DNA of 64,000 bases from assembly GCA_050951545.1 (NCBI GenBank), contig JBMNJG010000007.1, forward strand, positions 320,001 to 384,000, in the 5' to 3' direction. Under the pieces are notes generated by a model. The model had not been told where the DNA came from. It saw only the letters and a program-made list of their open reading frames with translations, and searched no databases. The position numbers and the translations under genes were made by a program. Below are positions 29,118 to 38,200 of the stretch, piece after piece (position 1 is the stretch's first letter; every line of letters begins with the position of its first letter). This stretch comes from Limnochordia bacterium. Its GTDB lineage: Bacteria > Bacillota > Limnochordia > DTU080.

Positions 29118-29254
29118 AATTCCGGAGCAGATTCCTTTTTTCACCAAGCAGCAGGTGTTGGCCAGTTGTTGGCAAATACTCCTATTCTAAAGTGGGGAAG
29201 AGCGCTGGCAGGTGATGCCGCGCCGGGAGGTTTATTGAGGAGGGATACTCTGAG

Positions 29255-30355
29255 GTGAGAGCGACTCGAACACGAATCATGTCCTTGTTTCTCACGGGTG
29301 TCTTGGCCGTAGGCGTTACAGTGGCACAGGCGAGTAACGTGGGAGCTCATGTATCCGGTGCTTTGGGCGATAACCCAGCCCTTTTGGGGTTCGCCCCTGT
29401 GTTTACTTTGGCTGCGGATGTTGATGCGGCTATCCCGGGGGTTTCTGGGCTCCAGAGCCTCATCGACGAATGGTACGATGAAGACACACAGCAGCTCAGC
29501 ATACGCCTTGATTTCTCAAGTCAGCAGAAGGCAGAGGAGACGATGGCTACTCTCAACAAGGCCATCAGCACGCTCAGTAACGCCCAAGGGTCAGGCATTA
29601 CAGGTATTACCATAGGCAGAGTAGGGTTAGGTGCCACCTCTGCTGCAGCGACCAACGCTGTCGACCGTTCGTCCGTCGTGGCTGATGCCAGCACTTCGTC
29701 AGGATTCTCAGGTGCCCTGGATCTTACGCTGAGTGGGCTTGAGCGAGTCGACGCTGTCGTAGCGATTGGCGTCCCTATCGTTAAATCAGTGGCGTTTGGT
29801 GCTTCTGCCAAGATGAGCAGATTCTATGCCGAGGAAATCGCGATCAAGGCGACTGTAGAGGAGCTGCAAGACGACTCTGATGCGGCCGCACCCAAGAGCC
29901 TCTATGAGGTAGGGGAGGGTCTGCTCTTTGATGCGGGGTTGGCCCTCAATCTCAGGTATCTTCAGGCTGATGTGGCGCTCAAAGATATCGGTAGCGTTGA
30001 GTGGAAGGCCGAGCAGCCACCTTGGGATGAAGAGGCTGCCGTTGGTGCCGTGCGTGTGCACGACAAACCAATGCATGTGGCCGCAGGGCTGGTCTTGAAG
30101 CCGTTCCGGTCTTTGGACCTGTCAGCACGCTATGACCAAAATCCAATGGGGAGCACCGTAATGCGCGCGGAGGCCGCTGTGCGTCCTGTGCGCTGGCTCA
30201 CCTTTAAGGCGGGCCAGGTAGCAGTCGATGGTGAGCCTGCCTACGTTACTTTGGGTGGTGGCATTCGCCTCTGGGCGTTCGGTTTGGATGCGGGAATTGC
30301 CGCAAAGGACGATGTCATTGTGGGCGGTCGAGCACGGCTCAGCATCGGATTTTAG
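29255..30355 (+). CDS. Outer-membrane beta-barrel protein (FadL/TraF_2/PorV-like superfamily)
   Basis: Signal peptide ending AQA, N-terminal NPALL motif, alternating amphipathic strands, C-terminal RLSIGF beta-signal. Confidence 0.7.
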   Translation: MRATRTRIMSLFLTGVLAVGVTVAQASNVGAHVSGALGDNPALLGFAPVFTLAADVDAAIPGVSGLQSLIDEWYDEDTQQLSIRLDFSSQQKAEETMATLNKAISTLSNAQGSGITGITIGRVGLGATSAAATNAVDRSSVVADASTSSGFSGALDLTLSGLERVDAVVAIGVPIVKSVAFGASAKMSRFYAEEIAIKATVEELQDDSDAAAPKSLYEVGEGLLFDAGLALNLRYLQADVALKDIGSVEWKAEQPPWDEEAAVGAVRVHDKPMHVAAGLVLKPFRSLDLSARYDQNPMGSTVMRAEAAVRPVRWLTFKAGQVAVDGEPAYVTLGGGIRLWAFGLDAGIAAKDDVIVGGRARLSIGF

Positions 30356-30368
30356 AGGGGTGAGAACT

Positions 30369-30962
30369 GTGCGAAAACGGATCCTCTTTGTTGCATTAGC
30401 GCTGCTGTTGTCGCTTTCGGGATGCTCGTTACGCCTGCCCATGCTTCCTGAGGTACGCAATGTTGAGGTTACCACGGTAGTCAAGAGCAAACCTCTGAGC
30501 ATCGGTGCCGAAGGCTCTACCAGTATCTCTACAGACAGCTTCACTCCTGAGGCTGGGAAAAAGATAGACCCAGCCACTGGTGAGGTCATAGATGGTGGAG
30601 CTGGAGACTCTTTGTTGGGTTACAGCGTCAGTGGGGTAGAGGTGCCCTCCAACCTGAGCGAGGCCCTTGATCTCGATGTCGAAGCGCTCTACTTCAGCGC
30701 TGACCTACCCCTGGGGGTAGGTGGCGGGTTGGCGGCTGTCACGTTGAGTGCACCTGGCGGCTCTTCTGTGGTCCTAGTGACCAGCTTGGAAAATGGTGAG
30801 AACAAGCTTACGCTGAGTGCTGAGGATCGCGCGGCGCTTTCCCAGATACTGGCGAACGCAGCGAGTGTCAACGTGGACATCTGGCTGGATAGTGAGCTAG
30901 ATGGAGTGACCATAGCTGATCTCCAGGTACAAGCGGCAGCGATCTACAGTCAGAACGTCTAG
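30369..30962 (+). CDS. Hypothetical lipoprotein (acidic, beta-rich)
   Basis: MRKRILFVALALLLSLSGC lipobox; RBS GAGGGG; directly after the barrel gene. Confidence 0.75.
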   Translation: MRKRILFVALALLLSLSGCSLRLPMLPEVRNVEVTTVVKSKPLSIGAEGSTSISTDSFTPEAGKKIDPATGEVIDGGAGDSLLGYSVSGVEVPSNLSEALDLDVEALYFSADLPLGVGGGLAAVTLSAPGGSSVVLVTSLENGENKLTLSAEDRAALSQILANAASVNVDIWLDSELDGVTIADLQVQAAAIYSQNV

Positions 30963-30984
30963 GTTTGAGCCTGGCCATGACGGC

Positions 30985-31025
30985 AGCCCGGTCCTTAGCG
31001 TTGCTAGCGAAGGACCGGGCTTTTT
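30985..31025 (+). terminator. Strong intrinsic terminator (possibly bidirectional)
   Basis: AGCCCGGTCCTT...AAGGACCGGGC-TTTTT. Confidence 0.8.
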
Positions 31026-31063
31026 GCTATGGCTTGCGTTTCGCGTAAGGTTGACTTGACGGA

Positions 31064-32980
31064 TCAGACCTCGTCTTGTGATGATAGCAAGACGAAGCCA
31101 ACCTCTTCCGCAGGTACTTGCCAACGGCCCCCACCCAGCGATTCAGCGTTCTCTGTTCGCAGTACGGTCATTCCCGCGGGAATGGTCATCTCAAAGGTTA
31201 GATCTTCTTCCGACCGGAGGTTGAAGAAAGTGACCAAGTTCTGCCCTTTAAGCGCATGGGCAGTGTAAGCCCAATCTGGGTTGGTCACCGTGAGTTGGTG
31301 CCCAGGGTACTGAGCCATCGTGGCTACACGTTCTGGCATGTCGTGCGGTGCGAAGTGTTCATCGACGCGCTGACCATCGTGGTAGAACGTCTCATACTTG
31401 GCGAGCTGGTGGGTAGTCTCATTCAGCATCTGCCAGTACGAGCCATCCATATTGGACGGATAGTACAACAGGACACCTTGGGCTCCGCAGGCTACCGCAC
31501 CCACTATTTGCTGACGTACACGCGCGGGTGAGTTGCGCACCGTAGCTCCTGCGTAGCGAACAAGAAGGACGGGCACCAGCCTTGTTTGTGCTTGCTGGGC
31601 CTCAATGGCGTCTCGCCAGCCCTGAACGGCCTCCATCACGCGTTTCACGGCCACTTCATTGTAGCCGGAGTAGATCTGAGGCATGATGGCGTCGACATAG
31701 GGGGCGAGAGCCGCCGCCCGCGTGCCATAGCCCAAGGTGGTCATATCACTATTGCACTCGCCATAGGCTGAGCTCACAGTGACGGCCAGGTAGGCATTCG
31801 GATAGGCTTCCTTCAGTCCGCGGTTGATTCGGGCCATGTACTGACCTACCTGGGTGGTGCGAAAGGCAACCCACATGCGGTAGAGGCGGCTGATCTCGGG
31901 GTCCTCACTAAGATACGTACGTCGGCCGAGCTGCCTCATGGCTTCTCGCAGACACTCGATGTCAGCTCCGCTCAAACCGTAGCCGTCCCTGAAGGCGGCT
32001 AACGATCGTTTGCTAAAGCCTCGTAGTGGACTGGGTTCATAGTCGAACGTTGCCCAACCATCACCACGCCTTGCCTGTTCGGCAAGCTGACGGACACCAG
32101 GCACATTCACTTCTGGGGGCAGCTCAAGGACGCACTGGGGGTCTGAGAAATCCCCAGGATAGGTCTTGCCCTGTACATCCACATCAGGACACGACTGGCT
32201 GTAGAATGCAGACTGATGGACATATCCACCCGTGAGTACGCCGTGGGCGTGCATACCAGCGTGAAAGACATCGTCGGCCTTCTGTACGAAGTTCACTCCG
32301 GCGGTAGCGAGAAAGCGGCCCAACTCTGCGCTTGCCTCTCCCGCACGGCTGAACGAGTAATCCCACAAGCCTATCCAAGTTCGTGTCAGTGCTTCGCCCG
32401 AGGCGGTCATCGTCAGCAGTTCTAGGGGCCAGCGCTGCTGCACGGTAGCTGGTGGCGATGACGATAGGGTGCGGTGCTCCAGTGAGAGGGAGATATAGGC
32501 CTGTTCGCTGTCGAGTGCTTCCGGCGCCGTCACGAAAAAGGATTGGGATCGCCATTCAGACTGGGGGCGCTCTCCTGGCGCGCCGACGAGGTTGCTGTTC
32601 CTTACCATGAAGACATATCGGGCATGCACACGTCCAGTAGAGGAGTCCACCTCGCTCTTGAGGAGTTCGTACTGACCACTTGTCGTATGGACAACGGTTC
32701 CTGCGGGCAGATCGAACTCAAGGACTATCGAATGGAAGTCGCTGGTCCGAACGTCTTGGCTTGCCTGTAGCATTAAGGTCAGTGGTTGGGTGTGACCGGC
32801 AATCAAGCGCACAGGCGTCCCCGGGTTTAGTGAGGCCGGGATAAGAAGCGGTCGCCATGTAGCAGAACCGCTGGCTGCCTCAACTCGCGAACTGCATGCG
32901 AATATAGCCCAGATCATGCTTGACGCACACATCAGTATCAGTAGCTCCTTGGCTGTCCTCGTGACCATTCTCTCATACAC
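31064..32980 (-). CDS. Secreted hypothetical protein, possibly a glycoside-hydrolase-like TIM barrel
   Basis: Signal peptide; N-terminal beta-rich region, then a beta/alpha pattern with TFDYEP, WVAFRT, DAIMPQIY, GAQGVLLY. Confidence 0.6.
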   Translation of the reverse strand: MYERMVTRTAKELLILMCASSMIWAIFACSSRVEAASGSATWRPLLIPASLNPGTPVRLIAGHTQPLTLMLQASQDVRTSDFHSIVLEFDLPAGTVVHTTSGQYELLKSEVDSSTGRVHARYVFMVRNSNLVGAPGERPQSEWRSQSFFVTAPEALDSEQAYISLSLEHRTLSSSPPATVQQRWPLELLTMTASGEALTRTWIGLWDYSFSRAGEASAELGRFLATAGVNFVQKADDVFHAGMHAHGVLTGGYVHQSAFYSQSCPDVDVQGKTYPGDFSDPQCVLELPPEVNVPGVRQLAEQARRGDGWATFDYEPSPLRGFSKRSLAAFRDGYGLSGADIECLREAMRQLGRRTYLSEDPEISRLYRMWVAFRTTQVGQYMARINRGLKEAYPNAYLAVTVSSAYGECNSDMTTLGYGTRAAALAPYVDAIMPQIYSGYNEVAVKRVMEAVQGWRDAIEAQQAQTRLVPVLLVRYAGATVRNSPARVRQQIVGAVACGAQGVLLYYPSNMDGSYWQMLNETTHQLAKYETFYHDGQRVDEHFAPHDMPERVATMAQYPGHQLTVTNPDWAYTAHALKGQNLVTFFNLRSEEDLTFEMTIPAGMTVLRTENAESLGGGRWQVPAEEVGFVLLSSQDEV

Positions 32981-33186
32981 GCTCCTTTCGGTTGTATCGG
33001 CTCATGGTAGTAATCCGCTCTTGCAGCTACTACTCCTGTTTGCCGCGCAAGCACAAGGGAGTAGTCGGAAATAAGTACAAAAAAGCTGGATATGGCGCAG
33101 GGAATCAAGGGCCCAATAGGCAATAACCATTGATAAGGGAACGGAATACACGGCCTAGCCAGAACCAATGTAAAGGAGCGAATGAA

Positions 33187-34458
33187 ATGGGAATGAGTGG
33201 AGGGCAAAGACAACCACTGGGTCTGCTTTTTCTAGTCGTCGCGCTGGTGACGCTGATGGGGGCGGCATGGCCTGTGTGCGCCGAAAAACAGGTCACATTG
33301 ACTTGGTATGTCATACGCACGGAAGCCGAACTACCGTATTGGCAGGAGATGGCGGACCGCTTTATGGAGCGGAATAAGGAACTCATGGTCAACGTAATGA
33401 ACGAGCTGAGCGGGGGCGTCGCCAAGCTGACCACTATGATCGCTGCTGGCGTGGCCCCGGATATTGTGCGTGGGGAGACCAACTGGATGCCAGACTATGC
33501 AGGGAAAGGTTGGTTCGTCAATCTAGAGCCCTATGTAGCTCGCGATCGGGCTCAGCTCAAACTTCAGGAGTTTCCGAAACCCACTCTTGATGCCTTCATG
33601 CTCGACGGCCTTCAGTATGCGATTCCACAGGTGGTCTCCGGTCTGGCATACAACTACAACACTGCCATGTTTGAGAATGCTGGTGTAAGTGCGCCTGAGG
33701 CCGGCTGGGCATGGGCTGATCTCGTCAACGTATCCAAGCGCTTGACACGCGAGGATGCTGATGGGCGTATCACGCAGTACGGTTTGAGTCTGGGGCGTTC
33801 TATACATCATGACATCTACGCTTTCATGCTGCAGAACGGTGGTGATCACTTCACTGCGGATAGGCGCGAGATCCTCATTGACCGTCCTGAGTCTGTTGAA
33901 GCGATTGACTTTGCTCAGTCGCTAGTTAACCAGCACAGAGTCGCTGGTTGGGGTGCGGATTTTGTCGCAGGCAAAGCAGCAGCTCAGATCATCGGGCCAT
34001 GGCGCAGGGGCCACCACAACACGGTGAAAGAACTGCAGTGGGATGTGGCACCCTTGCCGCGGCAGAAACAGGCTATCACGCCTCTCTACGTAGGTGGCCT
34101 GGCCATACTGGCTGAGAGCAAGAATCACGAAGATGCCTGGGAACTGGTAAAGTATCTTACTGGCACAGAGGCTCAGCATATCTGGGCGAAAAACGGACAG
34201 TCTTGCCCGGCGCGTCTCCCGGTCGCAGGAAGTGCCTCTTTCCTGAAGGCTGGCCCTCCCGCGCATGCGATGGTCTACGTCGATTCCATCAACATGGGTG
34301 TTCCAGAGCCGTCCTTCCCAGGGTGGCCCGACATTCGAGCTGCTATTGATAGAGTGCTTGGCTCGGTGTGGAATGGTCAGACTCCGGCACGTGTCGCGGC
34401 TGAACAGGCCAAGGCGGTGGCCCAGCCAATGCTCGATGAACTCAACAAGGCCAGGTGA
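33187..34458 (+). CDS. ABC transporter sugar-binding protein (family 1)
   Basis: Signal peptide; AAGVAPDI, YAIPQ, YNTAMFE, GKAA..IIGPW, WDVAPLP. Confidence 0.9.
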   Translation: MGMSGGQRQPLGLLFLVVALVTLMGAAWPVCAEKQVTLTWYVIRTEAELPYWQEMADRFMERNKELMVNVMNELSGGVAKLTTMIAAGVAPDIVRGETNWMPDYAGKGWFVNLEPYVARDRAQLKLQEFPKPTLDAFMLDGLQYAIPQVVSGLAYNYNTAMFENAGVSAPEAGWAWADLVNVSKRLTREDADGRITQYGLSLGRSIHHDIYAFMLQNGGDHFTADRREILIDRPESVEAIDFAQSLVNQHRVAGWGADFVAGKAAAQIIGPWRRGHHNTVKELQWDVAPLPRQKQAITPLYVGGLAILAESKNHEDAWELVKYLTGTEAQHIWAKNGQSCPARLPVAGSASFLKAGPPAHAMVYVDSINMGVPEPSFPGWPDIRAAIDRVLGSVWNGQTPARVAAEQAKAVAQPMLDELNKAR

Positions 34459-34482
34459 CTGGCTCGGTCTGCGTGAATAAGC

Positions 34483-34517
34483 GAAGACGCTGCGCGCTTT
34501 CTCCGCGCAGCGTCTTC
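34483..34517. terminator. Bidirectional terminator hairpin
   Basis: GAAGACGCTGCGC-loop-GCGCAGCGTCTTC. Confidence 0.7.
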
Positions 34518-34548
34518 CCACGTGTAGGTGAGCAAACGTCGGAGCTGC

Positions 34549-34899
34549 TTACGCACTGAGTTTCTTGGCAGAGTCATGTCCGCTGAGTAGCACCCATAGA
34601 GAGAGAACAACGGACAATGCGCCAGTAATGATGGCGCTCCAAAACATCTCGGATGCAATGACGATAAGTGCTGGGGAGATAGCCATCCACAATCCGGCGA
34701 GTCCAGTTACCCACTGCAACCACGATGCCTTCGGGGCTCGCAGTGCCCACAGGGAGCCTACCAACACCACAATGCCGACAATCCAGGCGTTCCATGAGCT
34801 GACAGAGTCACCTGTTACACCGATCGCCCAAGGGGATACGAAAAGCCACAATCCTGCTGCGCTCTTGACCCAGTCTTGCCATCGGCTCTGCGAATCCAT
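34549..34899 (-). CDS. SPW repeat integral membrane protein
   Basis: WQDW..GLWLFVSPW and WLQW..GLWMAISP repeats; 4 hydrophobic segments; RBS AGGAGG. Confidence 0.85.
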   Translation of the reverse strand: MDSQSRWQDWVKSAAGLWLFVSPWAIGVTGDSVSSWNAWIVGIVVLVGSLWALRAPKASWLQWVTGLAGLWMAISPALIVIASEMFWSAIITGALSVVLSLWVLLSGHDSAKKLSA

Positions 34900-34949
34900 G
34901 CTATGGTGCCTCCTTTTTCTGCCGTAGTGATACGGCTCTATGCATTTGC

Positions 34950-34978
34950 ATTGTATGGCAACGGTGCAAAAGAGTCAA
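34950..34978 (-). promoter_or_regulatory. SigmaA-type promoter for the SPW gene (TTGACT-N17-TACAAT)
   Basis: Near-consensus hexamers with a 17-nt spacer on the minus strand. Confidence 0.6.
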
Positions 34979-35132
34979 ACATTTTTGCTCCTCCGGTCGT
35001 CCACGATCGAGAGTGGTCCATGGTAGAGGATCCGACACTCGTGCATTCACCTAAGAGTACGTAGACAGTGGTGCTGGTAGACCTCTACAGGAGGGAATGC
35101 ACCCGAGCACCGCCACACAAGTAATAATTAAA

Positions 35133-35145
35133 TGCTTAGTAAGCA
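35133..35145. promoter_or_regulatory. Perfect palindrome TGCTTA-G-TAAGCA upstream of the tpsA promoter (candidate regulator site)
   Basis: Inverted repeat in an AT-rich stretch, 16 nt before the -35 box. Confidence 0.4.
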
Positions 35146-35161
35146 CGCCTGTTGATTTGCG

Positions 35162-35190
35162 TTGACAAGTGCATATCACGAAGGTATGAT
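35162..35190 (+). promoter_or_regulatory. SigmaA-type promoter for the tpsA-tpsB-ompH unit (TTGACA-N17-TATGAT)
   Basis: Perfect -35, 17-nt spacer, 5/6 match at -10. Confidence 0.75.
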
Positions 35191-35279
35191 CTATCTATCA
35201 TGATGGGCATTTCCCTTCCGTTAGGGCTGGTGAAGGGATTTCGCGGACTGTCTGTTACCATGGATGGCAGGGGGTTCGT

Positions 35280-38200
35280 TTGATGGGAACTCATGGCTCT
35301 TGGCAAAGGCTGACGAAGCTCGGGGTGTCGGCTATCAGGCGACGATGGTGCCGAAAGAGAACACGGACGCTGGTTAGGCAGCTGATTACATACATGGTGA
35401 GCCTGTCAGTCGTCTTCGGAAACTCAGCATTCGTTATCACTGACATAGCCAGAGCGGCACAGATAGTACCTGATGGGCAGACTGCAACCCGGGTTGTGGT
35501 TGGTGGAGATGCCATTGATGTCACCACGACCACAGTGTATGGGCAGAGTGCCTTGAACTCCTTCGGGGTCTTCGACATCGATGGAGGGGATGTGGTCAAT
35601 CTTCACCTGCCATCAGGTGCGCACAATATTCTAAATCTAGTACATTCACGGACCTCCCACATTGATGGAGTTCTGAATTCACTACAAGATGGTAGAGTGG
35701 GCGGGAATGTATATTTTCTGAATCCTTACGGGCTGGTCGTAGGAACACAAGGGGTGCTGAATGTGGGCGGGCTGACGGTCGTCACCCCACCCCCGGTGTT
35801 TATGCAGCAGTTCTTCAGAGATCCCAGTACCTCGGTCTCGCGTGTTTTGTCTGGCGATACCGGGGTTCACAGTGAGGGGATCATCGAGATACGTGGTGAG
35901 ATCAACTCCACCCATGGGATAGCGCTGAATGCTGGAGAGGTGGTGGCCACTGGCCACCTGGCCGTTGACATTACGAAGAGCCCAGTCTTCGATGACCTTG
36001 TCAACCCTGGTGATCTGGAGATCGGAGATGAGATCCGGATCACGAACGGGAGCATCGAGATCGTAGCGGTGGGTGATATCACGAACAGCGCCGAGATATC
36101 GACATATGGTCATGACGATATCGATGCGGGAGACATAACGATTGAGGCTGGCGGCAACATCGTATTGGGCAGCACATCGGCCATTGTCGCAGCGGGCCAA
36201 GGCGCGAATTCCTCAGGCGGCGATGTCACAGTCAGCGCTGCCGGGAGCATCACGGCCGCTGAGGGTAGTGTGGTCGATGCCCGGGGTGGAGTCGCAGATT
36301 CGTTTGGCGGAAGCATTCGCCTGGTAGCGGCAGAACGGATAGAGGCGGCAGGAGAAGTGTACGGTGGATCGTCGTATGTGCTGCCTGCAGAGCCGGAGGA
36401 TATTCCAGAGCGCTCTGGGGCCATATCCCTGACGGCTCCTGAGATCACTGTGAGCGGGATCATAAACGCCGGCTCTGATGATTTCGGCATCTCGAGCGGC
36501 GATGTTTTCCTCACTGCTGAGCGCCCAGACGGCGGAGTGGCTAGCATCCGCCTCGATGGGGCTGAGGTGACTGGTCACAGCATTTCTGCCAAGGCGGTCT
36601 CAACGGTATCCGACGATTCGGCCGCGGGTATCGTACAGCGCAGCGCGGCGGCAACGATTGACATCATGTCATCTGACTCTGATCGGTATACGTGGTTAAT
36701 GGCTGACCGAGATATTAGCATTCTCGCGGAGAGCAATGTGTCATTGACTATATCGCCCGACACTGAGTCTGATGATTCCTATGATGCGGCGTATGCTATT
36801 TCGGGAGTTGACAGTACTTCGAGGGTCCATATCGGTGGTTACTCGTTCATCGAGGCCGTGGGTGATCTGGAGGTAGGTGCGAAAAACACCGTCGCCATTA
36901 CGTCCAGTGCTACTGCGGTGCCGGATGCGAATGGAGACGACTATGTCGGCGGTTCTGTGGCCGTGAACAAGCTCACAACCCTGACAGAGGCGTTGATCAG
37001 TGGTGATGCGGAAATCTACGCATCCTCAGTCGCGGTAACAGCCACGTCAGATAATACGGTCACCACTACCGCCATAGCCCCCTCGCAGGGAGCCAGAGAA
37101 GACGCTTCCGAGGATCCGCAGCAACAGAGCCAGATGAAGAAGAGCCTCAATGAATACCGCGACGATGCCAAGACAAGCGAGGGCGAAGTAACGGTTGCCG
37201 CGGCCTTGGCCATCAATGATGTAGTCAGCACCACTCGAGCCGGGCTGGAGTCGAATTGGCGGGCGAACACGTATGGCCGAGTCGACGTTGTCAGCAACTC
37301 TATTTATAACTCATCTGTAACCGCCGACGCCAGCACGGTTGGCCAGGGTAGCGATGGAATTGGTGCAGCAGTAGGCATCAATAGGGTTTCTTCGAAAAAT
37401 GCGGCACTGATAAGTTCCGGGGTTACCGCCTTTGACGGCATTTCCGTCGTTGCCAAGATGAATGATGACACCCCGGAGAATCAGAAACGGGCAAAGATGG
37501 ACACTGTGGTGGTCTCGGGCGCTGGATCCGGTGATACCGGGGTGGCTGGCGCCCTGGCAGTGAATGTGCAGCACACTGACAGTGCCGCGTACATCAATCA
37601 AGATGCTGCTACCGCTGACGGTAGCATTGACATGCTGTCTCTCAATCTCTCTGAGAACTCGGTCAAGGCCAGCCCAGGGAGATCAGCGGATGATGTCACC
37701 GGCGGGATAGGCGCCTCAGTAGCGGTAAACGTCGCAGTCAACTCGTCCAGTGCAGGAGTAGCTGACGATGCAATGGTGACGTACTTGTCTGCGGGGGGCG
37801 GTATGATACCTGTCAGCATAGCCAGGCAGTTAGCGCCCGAGAGTCCGGTACCCAATTTTGCGCCTAGCGCGCGAGGTGTCAACATCACAGCCTCCAGCGA
37901 TCACATCGTGACTACAGAGGCGGAGGCAGGTGCTGTCGGCGGCACGGCTGTGACACCCGCGGTCGCGCTGTCTCTTGTTGAAACCGCTACGAAGGCGGAA
38001 ATGGGGTCGGCCTCGAGCGATGTCTGGAATTCGACGCTGTATGTTGACGGGGATCTATCGGTTGAGGCCGAAAGCAAGGAGAGCATCACCACTACAGCCA
38101 AGGGCAGCAGTGATGCAGAGTCGGCAGCCATTGGTACTGCTCTCGCCATCTCCTTGGTAGACAGCACTTCAGAAGCTATCATCCAACGTAGCATCAATGC

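Noticed and set aside
29255-30355. TraF-like barrel as evidence of a conjugative element
   Set aside because: No relaxase, T4SS, integrase or att-like repeats in the window
35191-35279. c-di-GMP riboswitch ahead of the adhesin
   Set aside because: Lacks the GGCAAAC...GAAA...GACGCAAAG pattern of class I; only simple hairpins are present
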